This document shows positions 28,636 through 40,026 of a stretch of DNA of 64,000 nucleotides, in pieces (within the stretch, counting starts at the first letter, position 1; each line of letters starts with the position of its first letter). The translations under genes and the position numbers were made by a program. Source of the DNA: Octopus sinensis (Eukaryota); the NCBI RefSeq assembly GCF_006345805.1, contig NC_042999.1:173414001-173478000 (forward strand), given 5' to 3'. The notes under the pieces were generated by a model. It searched no databases. It was not told the origin of the DNA and was given only the letters and a program-made list of their open reading frames with translations.

Positions 28636-28770
28636 GAAGAACCACTATGTAGCAATTCAACAATGATATACTTAAATCATACCATATAGAAAAACATTAA
28701 AGATACGATAAAATATTTACCTATTTAAGTATACCATTGTTGAATTGCTACATGGTGGTTCTTCTCTAAT
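28630..28770. mobile_element. Miniature fold-back element inserted in (TA)n
   Basis: 48-bp inverted arms 28630-28677 / 28723-28770 with 2 mismatches and a 45-bp spacer; TA repeats on both sides. Confidence 0.8.
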
Positions 28771-28867
28771 TAATATATATATGCTATATATTGTGAAATT
28801 TGGTTTAGTACAACTAAATTTAATTTATTCCCTGTAAGTTTGGAATCATATTCCCTATTATTATTAT

Positions 28868-29280
28868 TGAGTGAGCGAGCAGAGCATGCCATCAAAGTGA
28901 CACTGGGGTAAAATATACGAAGCCCAGTATACCCATCATGACTACCCGTCTGATAAGGGTACACCAGGCACATGCATCACAACCATATGTGCGCGACATG
29001 GTGATCTCATATCAAGATAAACAGCACATGACCTTGCAGGTGGAGCCCAGTTAGAATTTTATTCAGATCGAGTAACCCATCCCGCTCAAAAGGTCCCTGA
29101 ATAAGGGTTGTTTAAGGACGTTGAACGAAACACCCATGTTTCCAGAGGTGAATTATTCAAACCCCAAAGAATCCTTCTCAACACATGGCTATGAGATGCA
29201 CATATCGTCAGCCCCTAAGGGACATGCTCAACTGGTTAAGGTCAAACAACTGACAAGCAAATCTGTGGTATTGAGCAGAA
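28868..29280. mobile_element. Unclassified interspersed repeat flanked by (TAT)n
   Basis: GC-richer ~410-bp block bounded by TAT repeats. Its start TGAGTGAGCGAGCAG recurs as TGAGTGAGAGAACAG at 29320. Confidence 0.5.
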
Positions 29281-29320
<40 letters not shown>

Positions 29321-29345
29321 GAGTGAGAGAACAGTTCAATCATCA

Positions 29346-29387
<42 letters not shown>

Positions 29388-29695
29388 GTATTATCATTAT
29401 TATTATTATTATTATGTTTTTTCCTTCTTTCTTCAAATTTTTTCAAATTTTTTTCCGTTTCTCGCCAAGTGTTTTCCATACACCTAGGGCAGAAAAGCTC
29501 ATTGTATGCATTCCAAGATTACACGCAAATTCACAGATAAAATATGTATTTAACAATTAATAAATAAATAAATTCATGAATGGATGTTGTTTTCACAGCG
29601 ATAATGCTCTTCTCAGTACATGAGTTCTAGTTAATACGATTTTTTGCACTTCCTACAGGAAGTGCAAAAAAGTGCAAAAAAATTATCATTATTTT

Positions 29696-30015
29696 TTTTT
29701 CTTTCAAATTTGCTTCCATTTCTTGCCGAGTGTCTTCCCGACTCCTAGGGCAAAGAAACTCATAGTATACATTGGTAGGCCATTAAACCAAACTCAATAG
29801 TTTGTTCATTAAAAAAATTTTTTTTATTTTTAAGTTAAACTAAAATACATGAGCAGCAACAGTTCTCACATCGACAATGCTCTTCTCAATACGTGTGATG
29901 TACCAGTTAAGGCAATCTTTTGCACTTCTTGCAGGGATAGTAAGCCAGGGATCATTCTCATATAATTTTCGGTTCCCTTCTTGATCATTCCTAGTGCTCC
30001 TACGATCACTGGTAT
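29696..30015 (-). mobile_element. 3' end of a Dong/R4-like retrotransposon in a (TAA)n tract; an older copy at ~29420-29680
   Basis: IPVIVGALGMIKKGTENYMRMIPGLLSLQEVQKIALTGTSHVLRRALSM* plus 3' UTR; nearly identical to 46690-47021. Confidence 0.85.
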
Positions 30016-30039
30016 TATTTTTATTATTAATATTATAAT

Positions 30040-30093
<54 letters not shown>

Positions 30094-30211
30094 GATTATG
30101 ATTATATACATATATGTATTTGTTTATTTATTTATTTATGTACTTATGTATGTATATATGTGTGTATGTATGTATGTATGTATGTATGTATGTATGTATG
30201 TATGTATGTAT

Positions 30212-30762
30212 GGTCACTTTCGAGTGCTACTGGTAACATGTAACCCCGCACATCCTGCTGCATGGTCGGGTCGTCGGCGACTAAACCGGCAACCCCACCA
30301 AGCATGCTTAGTGAGGAGGGTGTTTATTGCACACCCTGCGGGATGAAAAACAAAAGCCATCAAAGGGCGGAAGAACTCTGGAGAGTCAACGGCCATCCAA
30401 TAAATATCTTAAGGCTGTATCATGCACGGGGACATAGAAATAATCGGACTGAATACCCGATCGCGCGGTTAAACTATTGAGAGTGAAGGATTCCCGGCCT
30501 TTGTTAGGGCATCCTTCTAGGAGAAGGTAACTCAGGTAACAGGGTTAACTTCGACATAAAACCTGCGGCTCAGTGGTTACCGATGATATTGACTTGTTCT
30601 TCTTTTCGGATTATGGCTGCTGTTGCTTAGTGAGTGGGATTGACTCAGTGCACAGCCTTTCCTCACTTTAAAAAAAAATCTTCTTGCACAGGCATTGCAC
30701 GATAACGACATTGATTAAACTTCGTGCAATGGCCATACTCGATAACGATGGGGCAGCCACCA
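30212..30762 (+). mobile_element. Non-autonomous element resembling an RTE 5' UTR, inserted in (TATG)n
   Basis: GC-richer 550-bp block bounded by TATG repeats. It contains TAGGGCATCCTTCTAGGAGAAGGTAACTC, like RTE 5' UTR motifs, and has no coding region. Confidence 0.5.
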
Positions 30763-33700
30763 TGTATGTATATATGTATGTAGAGACGATGGTCTTACAC
30801 GTAGTTTCCGTCTACCAAGTTCGCACTCGAGGCATTCCTCATCCCTGATCTATAGTAGAAGAGACAGTTACCCGAGGCAAGTGAAACTGGACCTGAAGTT
30901 ACGTGCTTACAAAACGAGATTGTTACAGACAAGGCCATGCCTGTGCCTGTCCACTATCATTGAACAGGTCATGAATGATTTAACGTTTCCATATTTGCAT
31001 GACTCCATTCGTAGAAATTTATCCACCCGTCTAGTACACTGTGAGGTTAGGTGCATAAGCCAGACAGCTGAAGGTTTTAATGAGTGCAATGAATAAGAGT
31101 GTTTTGTTTTGCGATAGTTTATATATCGATACTTAATTACCATACTTTAGGTAATTTAATTAACACAACAGCAAACGACGGGTAATGAATTTCTATGTGA
31201 ATTAGTTAGATGAGGAATAAATCTAATAACAGAAAAAAACCTGAAGAAAGAAATATTCACCATAACCGCCATGAACATCAATAATAAGTTTATCAAACGT
31301 TTCAGCGACATAATTAATGACATGATCAACAACAAGTATAACAACATCATTTTACTTCATCAGTATTAGCAGCAACAGTATTAAATCCATCACGTTGTTA
31401 CCATCACCAGTAGCAACGACACAAACAACAATTACAACTAAGTGAAGCTAAGATACACCCCTTCACACAATGACACCTTGTAGATTGTTATTATTCTCTT
31501 CACTAATTCAGTTACCTATTTAAAATTCACCGTTCTAAACAATACTGACTTAATATGACCAAATACGTAGAAATTAATTAATTTTATAAAGAAAACACAC
31601 ACATATTTCTTCCCTATTTAATTTGATAAATCCATTTGTACGATATCTGTCACCTTAATGAAAAGAAATATTATTTCTATTATTGTAAATTCCATTTAAT
31701 GTTATATTATATTATTTTATTTTGCAGTTTCCAACTTCTCTGTCAAGAAACAAGAGTAATATAGTTTGGAAATTAATCACAATATAAGACTTCTAGTTAC
31801 GTGTTTTATCTTTACCTCTATTACGTGGAATGGCTTCCAAAATAGTTATCTGCAAATTACTTCCTCGAATCATACTGATTTGTATATATTTATTTTTATT
31901 GTTAAACTTTGCCTTTGCAGTGTTATCTTTTTCTTACCTCTAATGCTACTAATATGATTGCTGCAACTAATATTTATGTTGCTTCTACTTAAACTAATAT
32001 TATTACTCTTAGAAATACTTTGACTTCTACAGCATGTATTCTCATAGCTTACAGCGTTGATGACGTTGACATATCAGTATGACAGTAAGTATTTATGTGC
32101 GTGTCTGTGTGTGTGTGTTTGTGTATGTGTGTGAGTGAGTGTGTGTATGTGTGTCTGTGTATGTGTCTGTGTTTGTGTGTATTAACTATAAACCATGCAT
32201 ATACATGTATGTATGTATGTATGTATATGTTTACACACACACACACACACGCGCGCACGCAGACATACAGACAAATAGACACACACACGCGCACACACAA
32301 ACACACACACATATACACACGCACACACACACCCACACACAGATATATATATATATTCAAATATGCAATAGAAGCATCTATAGATTAAGGTCTTTATCTA
32401 TAACAATATACTTAACGTATGTGTGTCATTGAAATGCCAGAAGCTGGAATGTTTCCTTCGGGAGCTGGTTTAAACGAAATCGCCCAGGAATCGACCAAGA
32501 AAACAAAGGATTTTGTAGAAGGAAACTGAAAGAATCCCGTCGTATATATGTATATATGTATATATGTGTGTGTGTATGTATGTATGTGTGTCTGTGTTTG
32601 CCCCCCCCCCGCCCAACATCGCTTGACAACCGATGCTGGTGTGTTTACGCCCCCGTAAATTAGAGGTTCGGCAAAAGAGACCGATGTAGTAAGTACTAGG
32701 CTTAGAAAGAATAAGTCCTGGGGTCGATTTGCTCGACTAAAGGCGGTGCTCCCACATGGCCAAAGTCAAATGACTGAAACAAGTAAAAGAGTAAAAGTGA
32801 CTAAATGCTGCAGCCTCTGGCTTTTCGACGACGCACGTTAAGAATATGGCATAGATAAATCTGTGAGTATGTGTGTTTATACGAAACACCTTTTCAGAAT
32901 ATTGCAAATATCCTGAAATATTCTCCCGATATAGCATATGTCTGTGTGGCCTCAGTAAACAACCAGGAAGAAATGCGCTAGTGCCAGAAAGACGATGCCA
33001 TAAAATTGTTGAGCCTCCTCTTATTTTATTCTATTATCAATAATTCCCACTTTCCTAAACAGCGCATCCAGTGTGCAAACATCTGTTGTAGGATTCTATG
33101 AAATATGCAGCGAACAATTCTGGACTGTTATTCGTAGGTTAGACCGTATAGGGCTCATATTGTACCCTAAGAACAACCATTTCTTCTTCCCTGGATTCAT
33201 TCAAGACGTGATCATTAATAAAATCAATCATCCAACAAGAAATGTTAGCAAAATACCCTGACATAGGCTCAACCGTCTAAAGAAAATAGAATATATAGAT
33301 TAGCGAAATTATTGCTAATCTAGGTAAATATGTAGTCATGACAGTCCCTGGTGAAGCAACATTGATGATAAGTCTGTTCAAACATTTATAAACTGAAGTT
33401 GATCAACAATGATTACTACCTGCCCTATTGATTCCATGTGTTAACAGACTTAAACCGCTCTTCAACATAATATAATTATTGTCTAACTCGACCTTTCGGG
33501 TCCCTGACGCGTAACAGCTGTAGCCAACTACAAATGCTACTAAACCATTCTCACAATATATATTGGTTTCAAATTTTGGTTCAAGGGCAGAAATTTCGGG
33601 AATGGTAAGTCGATTACATCAACCTCAGTACTCAAATTATTTTATCGACTCCGAAACGATGAAAGGCAAAGTGAACCTAGATGGAATTTGGGCTCAAACA

Positions 33701-35926
33701 TAAACACGGACGAAACCCTGCTAAGCTTTTCGCCTAGCTCGGTGTCTTTGTCAATTTATGTGTATATATATATATATATTGATAGAAGAAAAATATCTAC
33801 TTGACTTCATGACTGGATGCTAAGTCTAATTCCAAACTTGTATACGTGGACAATCCAGGAGATAATTTATATAATTTCGTACGTACCTGAGTAATTTTGT
33901 AAACATTTTGCACTCCGTCCATCTATCTACTATTAAACATTCAGAGCGTAGATCTAATGTCAATCCAGTCCAACTCAGTACTAATTATATGGAACATTTT
34001 CAGTAACGTTTCCAGACGACGGAAACAGTTCCCCACAGACACAACTGTGGTATTAATTTTTGCAGGGCTACAAGAACACAGACCCACCTTCTGGCTCCAG
34101 AAGGATTGAGTTTGAAATCTCGAACTAGATTTTCTAGAATGAACCTAATAAAAGCCTGGACCAAGGCAAAACCTCCTGCTCTTCCGGTAAGAAGAGAAGT
34201 TCATGTAGCTCGATAATCCTGCTCTCGTTCATGGAGGATATATTATGCAGAATATTCTAACGTTGTCTAGTAAGTGTCCTTGCTCCCACCTTTATTCTAT
34301 ATGTATTTGCAATTGTTTATATAATAACGTCTCACATTAGGCCATACTGATAATGTTTTGTTTTTGTTCTTGGTTTTCTTTTATATATAGGAACCAGGCC
34401 ATGAATCTTACATTTAAGGATGCGTCACTACTCCAATGATACTAATTATATCTATGCCAGAAAGATGAAAGGCAATACAAGATCAGTATGGATTTGAATG
34501 CAGAACACAACACGGTATAATTAAGTAACGAAAGGTATTTTGCCCCGACGCTCTGCTAATTGAAAAAATAAATTGAAATATCTTTTAAAAACAACAGTAT
34601 AATTATACAAAATGTAACACACCATGCTCATCAATCATTCATGTATTTTGAATAGTACGTTATGAAATATTTGTATCTCACCTAACAATGGTGTTATAAC
34701 ATATTCTAATTGAACAAGAATTTTATTGACACTGCGCAATTCAATACACAAAATCAACGAATAACAAAATGAGAAAGTTGGCGATAGCGTCATATAAACC
34801 TTTCGTGATTGTGTTGACTAAATATTTCTTTAACAACAAGACTCAATTCTCTCTGATTCGCTGCATGTTGTCTCGTTATTGTAGCAATTTTGTATGACGT
34901 ACGCGCTGCATTGGCGTGAGAAACAATGTTTTATTTGGCTGATTTGTAATATTTTGGGATTTTTAACAAAAGGAATGTATTTCAATCCAGGCCAATGTAA
35001 TTCATAATACGTTTCATGTTTTGTTTCAGGCGTGTATTGTTTTTCCTTCAATTTAATGAATACTGATACCAGGTACTCAAACAGAATATTTGATTATATT
35101 TTCAATGATCTGAATTATTATTATTATTGAGGTGTTGTGTGTGATCCCTAGAAATTTAAGCCTTTGTTTATCAGAATGTTGTTTTAGTTAAGTATGATAT
35201 CATGACGTTCTCTAATAATGTATGTTTAATTATAAATTTGTTAAGCATTGCATTGCCTTTGTAACAATACATTGACGTTAATTTATAAATGAAATTTCCT
35301 TTCCAATTTCTATGCTGCAGAGTTTGAGACACATCAGATGCATTAGAATGCATTTTCTTGGGAATATGATAACGAGTATTCATTCAATCCCGTTTATATA
35401 CATGCTAAAGATAATATCTTGTAATTTGGAAGGGATCTAGACTTCGAGGTAGGACTACAATGATAAGAATCGAAACCAGTCAAAACCAGGCGTCATGATC
35501 AAGGATTATAGATGGGTTATCTATGCATTTATACTTTCGGTTCTATAGGAGATGTTTACCGATGTATAGCTGTTATCACCTTCGTTGTGTAGTCTACGGA
35601 AGCACTGTTTCTAAAAACCAGTGTGCTAAGTAGAGCTGTCATTTTATTCACTTCGAGAGCGATCGTCCATTTTTATTTTCTTCTGACAGACTGCTTTAAG
35701 CATTATATTCTTCAACGGGCTTTCGCGATGTAATACAGGAGACAGAAGAGTTTGAGGCATGATACGTAAGATACTGGATGATACAGAGTGGACTTGTTGC
35801 TGGTGAGACTCATTATTAGGAATAGTTTGGTAGAATATTGTGAAGCCTCAACAGACAAAGACAAAGAAATATATCACACACATATATATATATATGTATG
35901 TATGTATGTATATATATATATATATA

Positions 35927-35991
<65 letters not shown>

Positions 35992-36163
35992 CATATACAT
36001 ACATACATATATATATGTACATATATATGTGTATATATATATGTATATATATATACACATATACATTTATATATATATGCATATACATACACACATATAT
36101 AAGGAAAAGTGCATATATGTGTGTATGTGTGTATATATGTGTATATATATATGTATATATATA

Positions 36164-36209
<46 letters not shown>

Positions 36210-36804
36210 TATATATAATATATATATATAGGCGCAGGGGGCTATGTGGTAAGAAGCTTCCTTCCAACTGCATATTTCAAGCTTCAGTCCCACTGCGTGG
36301 ACTTTTTGACAAGTGTTCTCGTGACGCCCAAAGTCTTGTGTGTGAATTTGGTAGAAAAACTGAAAGACGCCTTTGTATATTAATGTGTATGCGTGCAAAT
36401 ATGTGTGTCTGCATATGTGTGTATCAGTGTGTGTGTGTGTGTGTGTCTATGTGTCTGTGATTGTCCCACACTACCGCTTGATAACAGCTGTTTACGACCC
36501 AGTAGCTAGCAGTTCGACAAAAGAGATGAATAGAATAAGTAACAGGGTTAAAATATATATATATACTGGGTTCGATTCATTTCACTATAAATTACCCAAT
36601 ACTCTCTCATACACAGCATGGCCGCAGTTAAATAACTGAAAGAACTAAAATATAAAATGAGACATTTATATGTATGTGTGTATACATTGATACATACGTG
36701 CATGTATATATTATACACACACGCTCACAAACACACAAATGCACATACACACACACACATGTATACAAATGCACACACACACACATATATATATGTGTAT
36801 ATGC

Positions 36805-36868
<64 letters not shown>

Positions 36869-36939
36869 ATATATATATATACACACACACACAAACACGC
36901 ATCAACATATTTATATACATATATATGTATTATATATAT

Positions 36940-36982
<43 letters not shown>

Positions 36983-37659
36983 TATATATGTTATAATAAA
37001 GCGTTAATTGCAACAAGTTGCTCAAAACCACATACCGAAAATATTAGAAATGGCAGCCAAATAGATTACCATTTCTCCTACTAGTAAAAAAGTATCCATA
37101 AACAATCAGAATTTGCAACCCGTATATGGAAAAGAGAAAGAAAATAACGAAATCACAGTCTGTTTGGATTAATTGTAGACGAAATTCCGTTTCTGGATTA
37201 GAACCAATGGTTCATTTCCTTGTCAATATAATATTTCCTATAAATCTAGAAATGCTAGGGGGAAAACGACTTACCCACCATACCGGCTCGATCAGGCGAC
37301 ACCGAACGATATGATGGTCTACCAGCATCCCTACATTTATATACAGACAGGCGAAATCGTATCTCCCTCCAAAATTACCACGTGAGTTGCAAAAACGTTA
37401 TCAACGAAACGAAGTTTCGCAGATTTATTGTATGGGAGTAATAGCGCACAATATACAAAAATGGTGAAATATAATTAATTTAATAAAATTAGTGGTAATT
37501 TTGTAGGGAGATACGATTTCGCCTGTCTGTATATAAATGTAGGGATGCTGGTAGACCATCATATCGTTCGGTGTCGCCTTCTCCCCCTCTTCTCCCCCTC
37601 CCCCTCTCTTCTCACTACACCACACGACTTTACACATCACATCATATATGATGTGCCAT

Positions 37660-38012
37660 ACTAATACATACACCAACTAATACATACTAATACGTACTAA
37701 TACATACTAATACATACTAATACATACTAATACATACACCACCCTATACATACACACGTCCAGACCCCTCATACGCACTTATACTCTCTCATACACACAC
37801 ACACACACACTTATACATACTAATACGTACTAATACATACTAATACATACTAATACATACACCAACCCCATACATACGCCTGTCCAGACCTATCCCACGC
37901 ACTAATACTCTCTCATACACACACACACACACACCCTTATACATACTAATACATACTAATACATACACCAACCCTATACATACACACGTCCAGACCCCTC
38001 CTACGCACTAAT
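37660..38012. repeat. Nested minisatellite: three ~120-140 bp units containing (TACATACTAA)n and (CA)n
   Basis: CATACACCA(A/C)CC..TACATAC..GTCCAGACC...ACGCACT recurs three times. Confidence 0.85.
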
Positions 38013-38181
38013 AGGTGGTCATTCAACCCTATTATCAACCCTATTATCTCCCCTTATTTCGCTCTCGCGTCTCATGTTTGATCTTTGACTTCTGGCCGAA
38101 ATCAGATCGCCATGTTGATTCGTTAGTTACTGCACGCATTTTTTTTCTCTCCTTCTTTCTGTTTTTTTTTCTCTCTGTGTA

Positions 38182-38219
38182 TCTTTCTGTTGAAGAGCGT
38201 AGGCTCGAAACGTTAAAGA
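38182..38219 (+). ncRNA. Minimal type I hammerhead-like motif (A6 to U variant)
   Basis: Stem I TCTTT/AAAGA; core CTGTTGA-A; stem II GAGC-GTAG-GCTC; GAAA; palindromic stem III A-CG-T; cleavage triplet GUU. Confidence 0.55.
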
Positions 38220-38317
38220 CTTGTTTTATTTATATTTCCTGAGCGCCATACTAATACAATTGTTTGTTTGTTTTCCACCTGCCTTCGTCTTTTGTCTATT
38301 TTCATAAAGCTTCCCGT

Positions 38318-38376
<59 letters not shown>

Positions 38377-38809
38377 CGCAGGAGTGGCTGTTTGGTAAGT
38401 AGCTTGCTAACCAACCACATGGTTCCGGGTTCAGTCCCACTGCGTGGCATCTGGGCAAGTGTCTTCTGCTATAGCCCCGGGCCGACCAATGCCTTGTGAG
38501 TGGATTTGGTAGACGGAAACTGAAAGAAACCTGTCGTATATATGTATATATATATATGTATGTGTGTGTGTGTTTGTGTGTGTTTGTCCCCCTAGCATTG
38601 CTTGACAACCGATGCTGGTGTGTTTACGTCCCCGTCACTTAGCGGTTCGGCAAAAGACACCGATAGAATAAGTACTGGGCTTACAAAGAATAAGTCCCGG
38701 GGTCGATTTGCTCGACTAAAGGCGGTGCTCCAGCATGGCCGCAGTCAACTGACTGAAACAAGTAAAAAGAGTAAAAAGAGAAAGAAAGAGTATATAGATA
38801 GATAGATAA

Positions 38810-38864
<55 letters not shown>

Positions 38865-38911
38865 CTCACTCACAAACACATATCCACTTATTTATATACA
38901 TACTTGCATAA

Positions 38912-38947
<36 letters not shown>

Positions 38948-38986
38948 ATATATATATATATTATATTATATATATATAATATATAT

Positions 38987-39925
38987 ATATAGTAAAGAAA
39001 AAATAAGATGGCTAGCAGCAGGCTCTTCGCATCATACCGAGGGATTAGAAATGGCAATCAAAGACCGTTTTTCCATTTTCTATAAGTGGAGATTCCAAAA
39101 ACGAAGGCCCTTACGGCTCACATACACAAAACCGGAGTGGCAAATATACGAAATCAGTCACTTACCGTTAATAGCGAACACGTGTTTCTGGATCGCAAAC
39201 ATAGAAAAAATTAGTTTGAATTCCGTCATCGGCGCTATATTCGATAGCTTTACCAAATGCCACTAGCCCTCACTTCTGACCCAGCGACATCAGATAGTGG
39301 GGGGAAGAGCGCAGATGTTAAAACTAAGTAGCGACTGGGAACGTAAATTTTCCCTCCAAAATTCTGCCATGCGCGCTTTCTGGGTAATCGTAATGGAATG
39401 AGGAATCCACATGGTAATGCAATAAAAATGGTAAATAATTTTCCTGTGGTTTTTCGTGTAACCAACAATTATTTACCGGTAAATTTCGGTATGTAAATAC
39501 GACAAATTAATTGTCAGGACCTTTGTAAGGTTCAGTATATAGTAAAGAAAAAATAAGATGGCTAGCAGCAGGCTGTTTCACCTCATACCGAAGGAATTAG
39601 AAATGGCAGTCAAAGACCGTTTTTCCATTTTCTATAAGTGGAGATTCCAAAAACGAAGGCTCTTACGGGTGAGCCGTAAGGGCCTTCGTTTTTGGAATCT
39701 CCACTTATAGAAAATGGAAAAACGGTCTTTGACTGCCATTTCTAATTCCTTCGGTATGAGGTGAAACAGCCTGCTGCTAGCCATCTTATTTTTTCTTTAC
39801 TATATACTGAACCTTACAAAGGTCCTGACAATTAATTTGTCGTATTTACATACCGAAATTTACCGGTAAATAATTGTTGGTTACACGAAAAACCACAGGA
39901 AAATTATTTACCATTTTTATTGCAT
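38987..39925. mobile_element. Penelope-like non-autonomous element with partial tandem and inverted pseudo-LTR arrangement
   Basis: Direct repeat 38987-39116 / 39537-39668 (550-bp period); 252-bp inverted repeat 39417-39668 / 39674-39925 with a 5-nt loop and 1 mismatch; flanked by TA and GATA repeats. Confidence 0.8.
39171..39238 (-). ncRNA. Type I hammerhead ribozyme motif
   Basis: Minus strand: ATAGCG CCGATGA CGGA..CAAAC..GTTTG..TCCA GAAA CACGTG T T CGCTAT. It has a 6-bp stem I, palindromic stem III ACACGTGT and a GUU site. Deviations are U4 to C and a C10.1/A11.1 mismatch. Confidence 0.65.
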
Positions 39926-39935
39926 ATAGATATAT

Positions 39936-40026
<91 letters not shown>

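Larger units (their letters stand above)
36990..38320. mobile_element. Composite Penelope-like non-autonomous element(s) between (TA)n tracts, with an 88-bp fold-back and two hammerhead-like motifs
   Basis: Inverted arms 37294-37381 / 37492-37579 (1 mismatch); hammerhead-like motifs at 37172-37232(-) and 38182-38219(+); internal minisatellite. Confidence 0.65.

Noticed and set aside
37660-38012. Regularly spaced repeats resembling a CRISPR array
   Set aside because: The intervening sequences are themselves repeated and low-complexity, there are no cas genes, and the context is eukaryotic.
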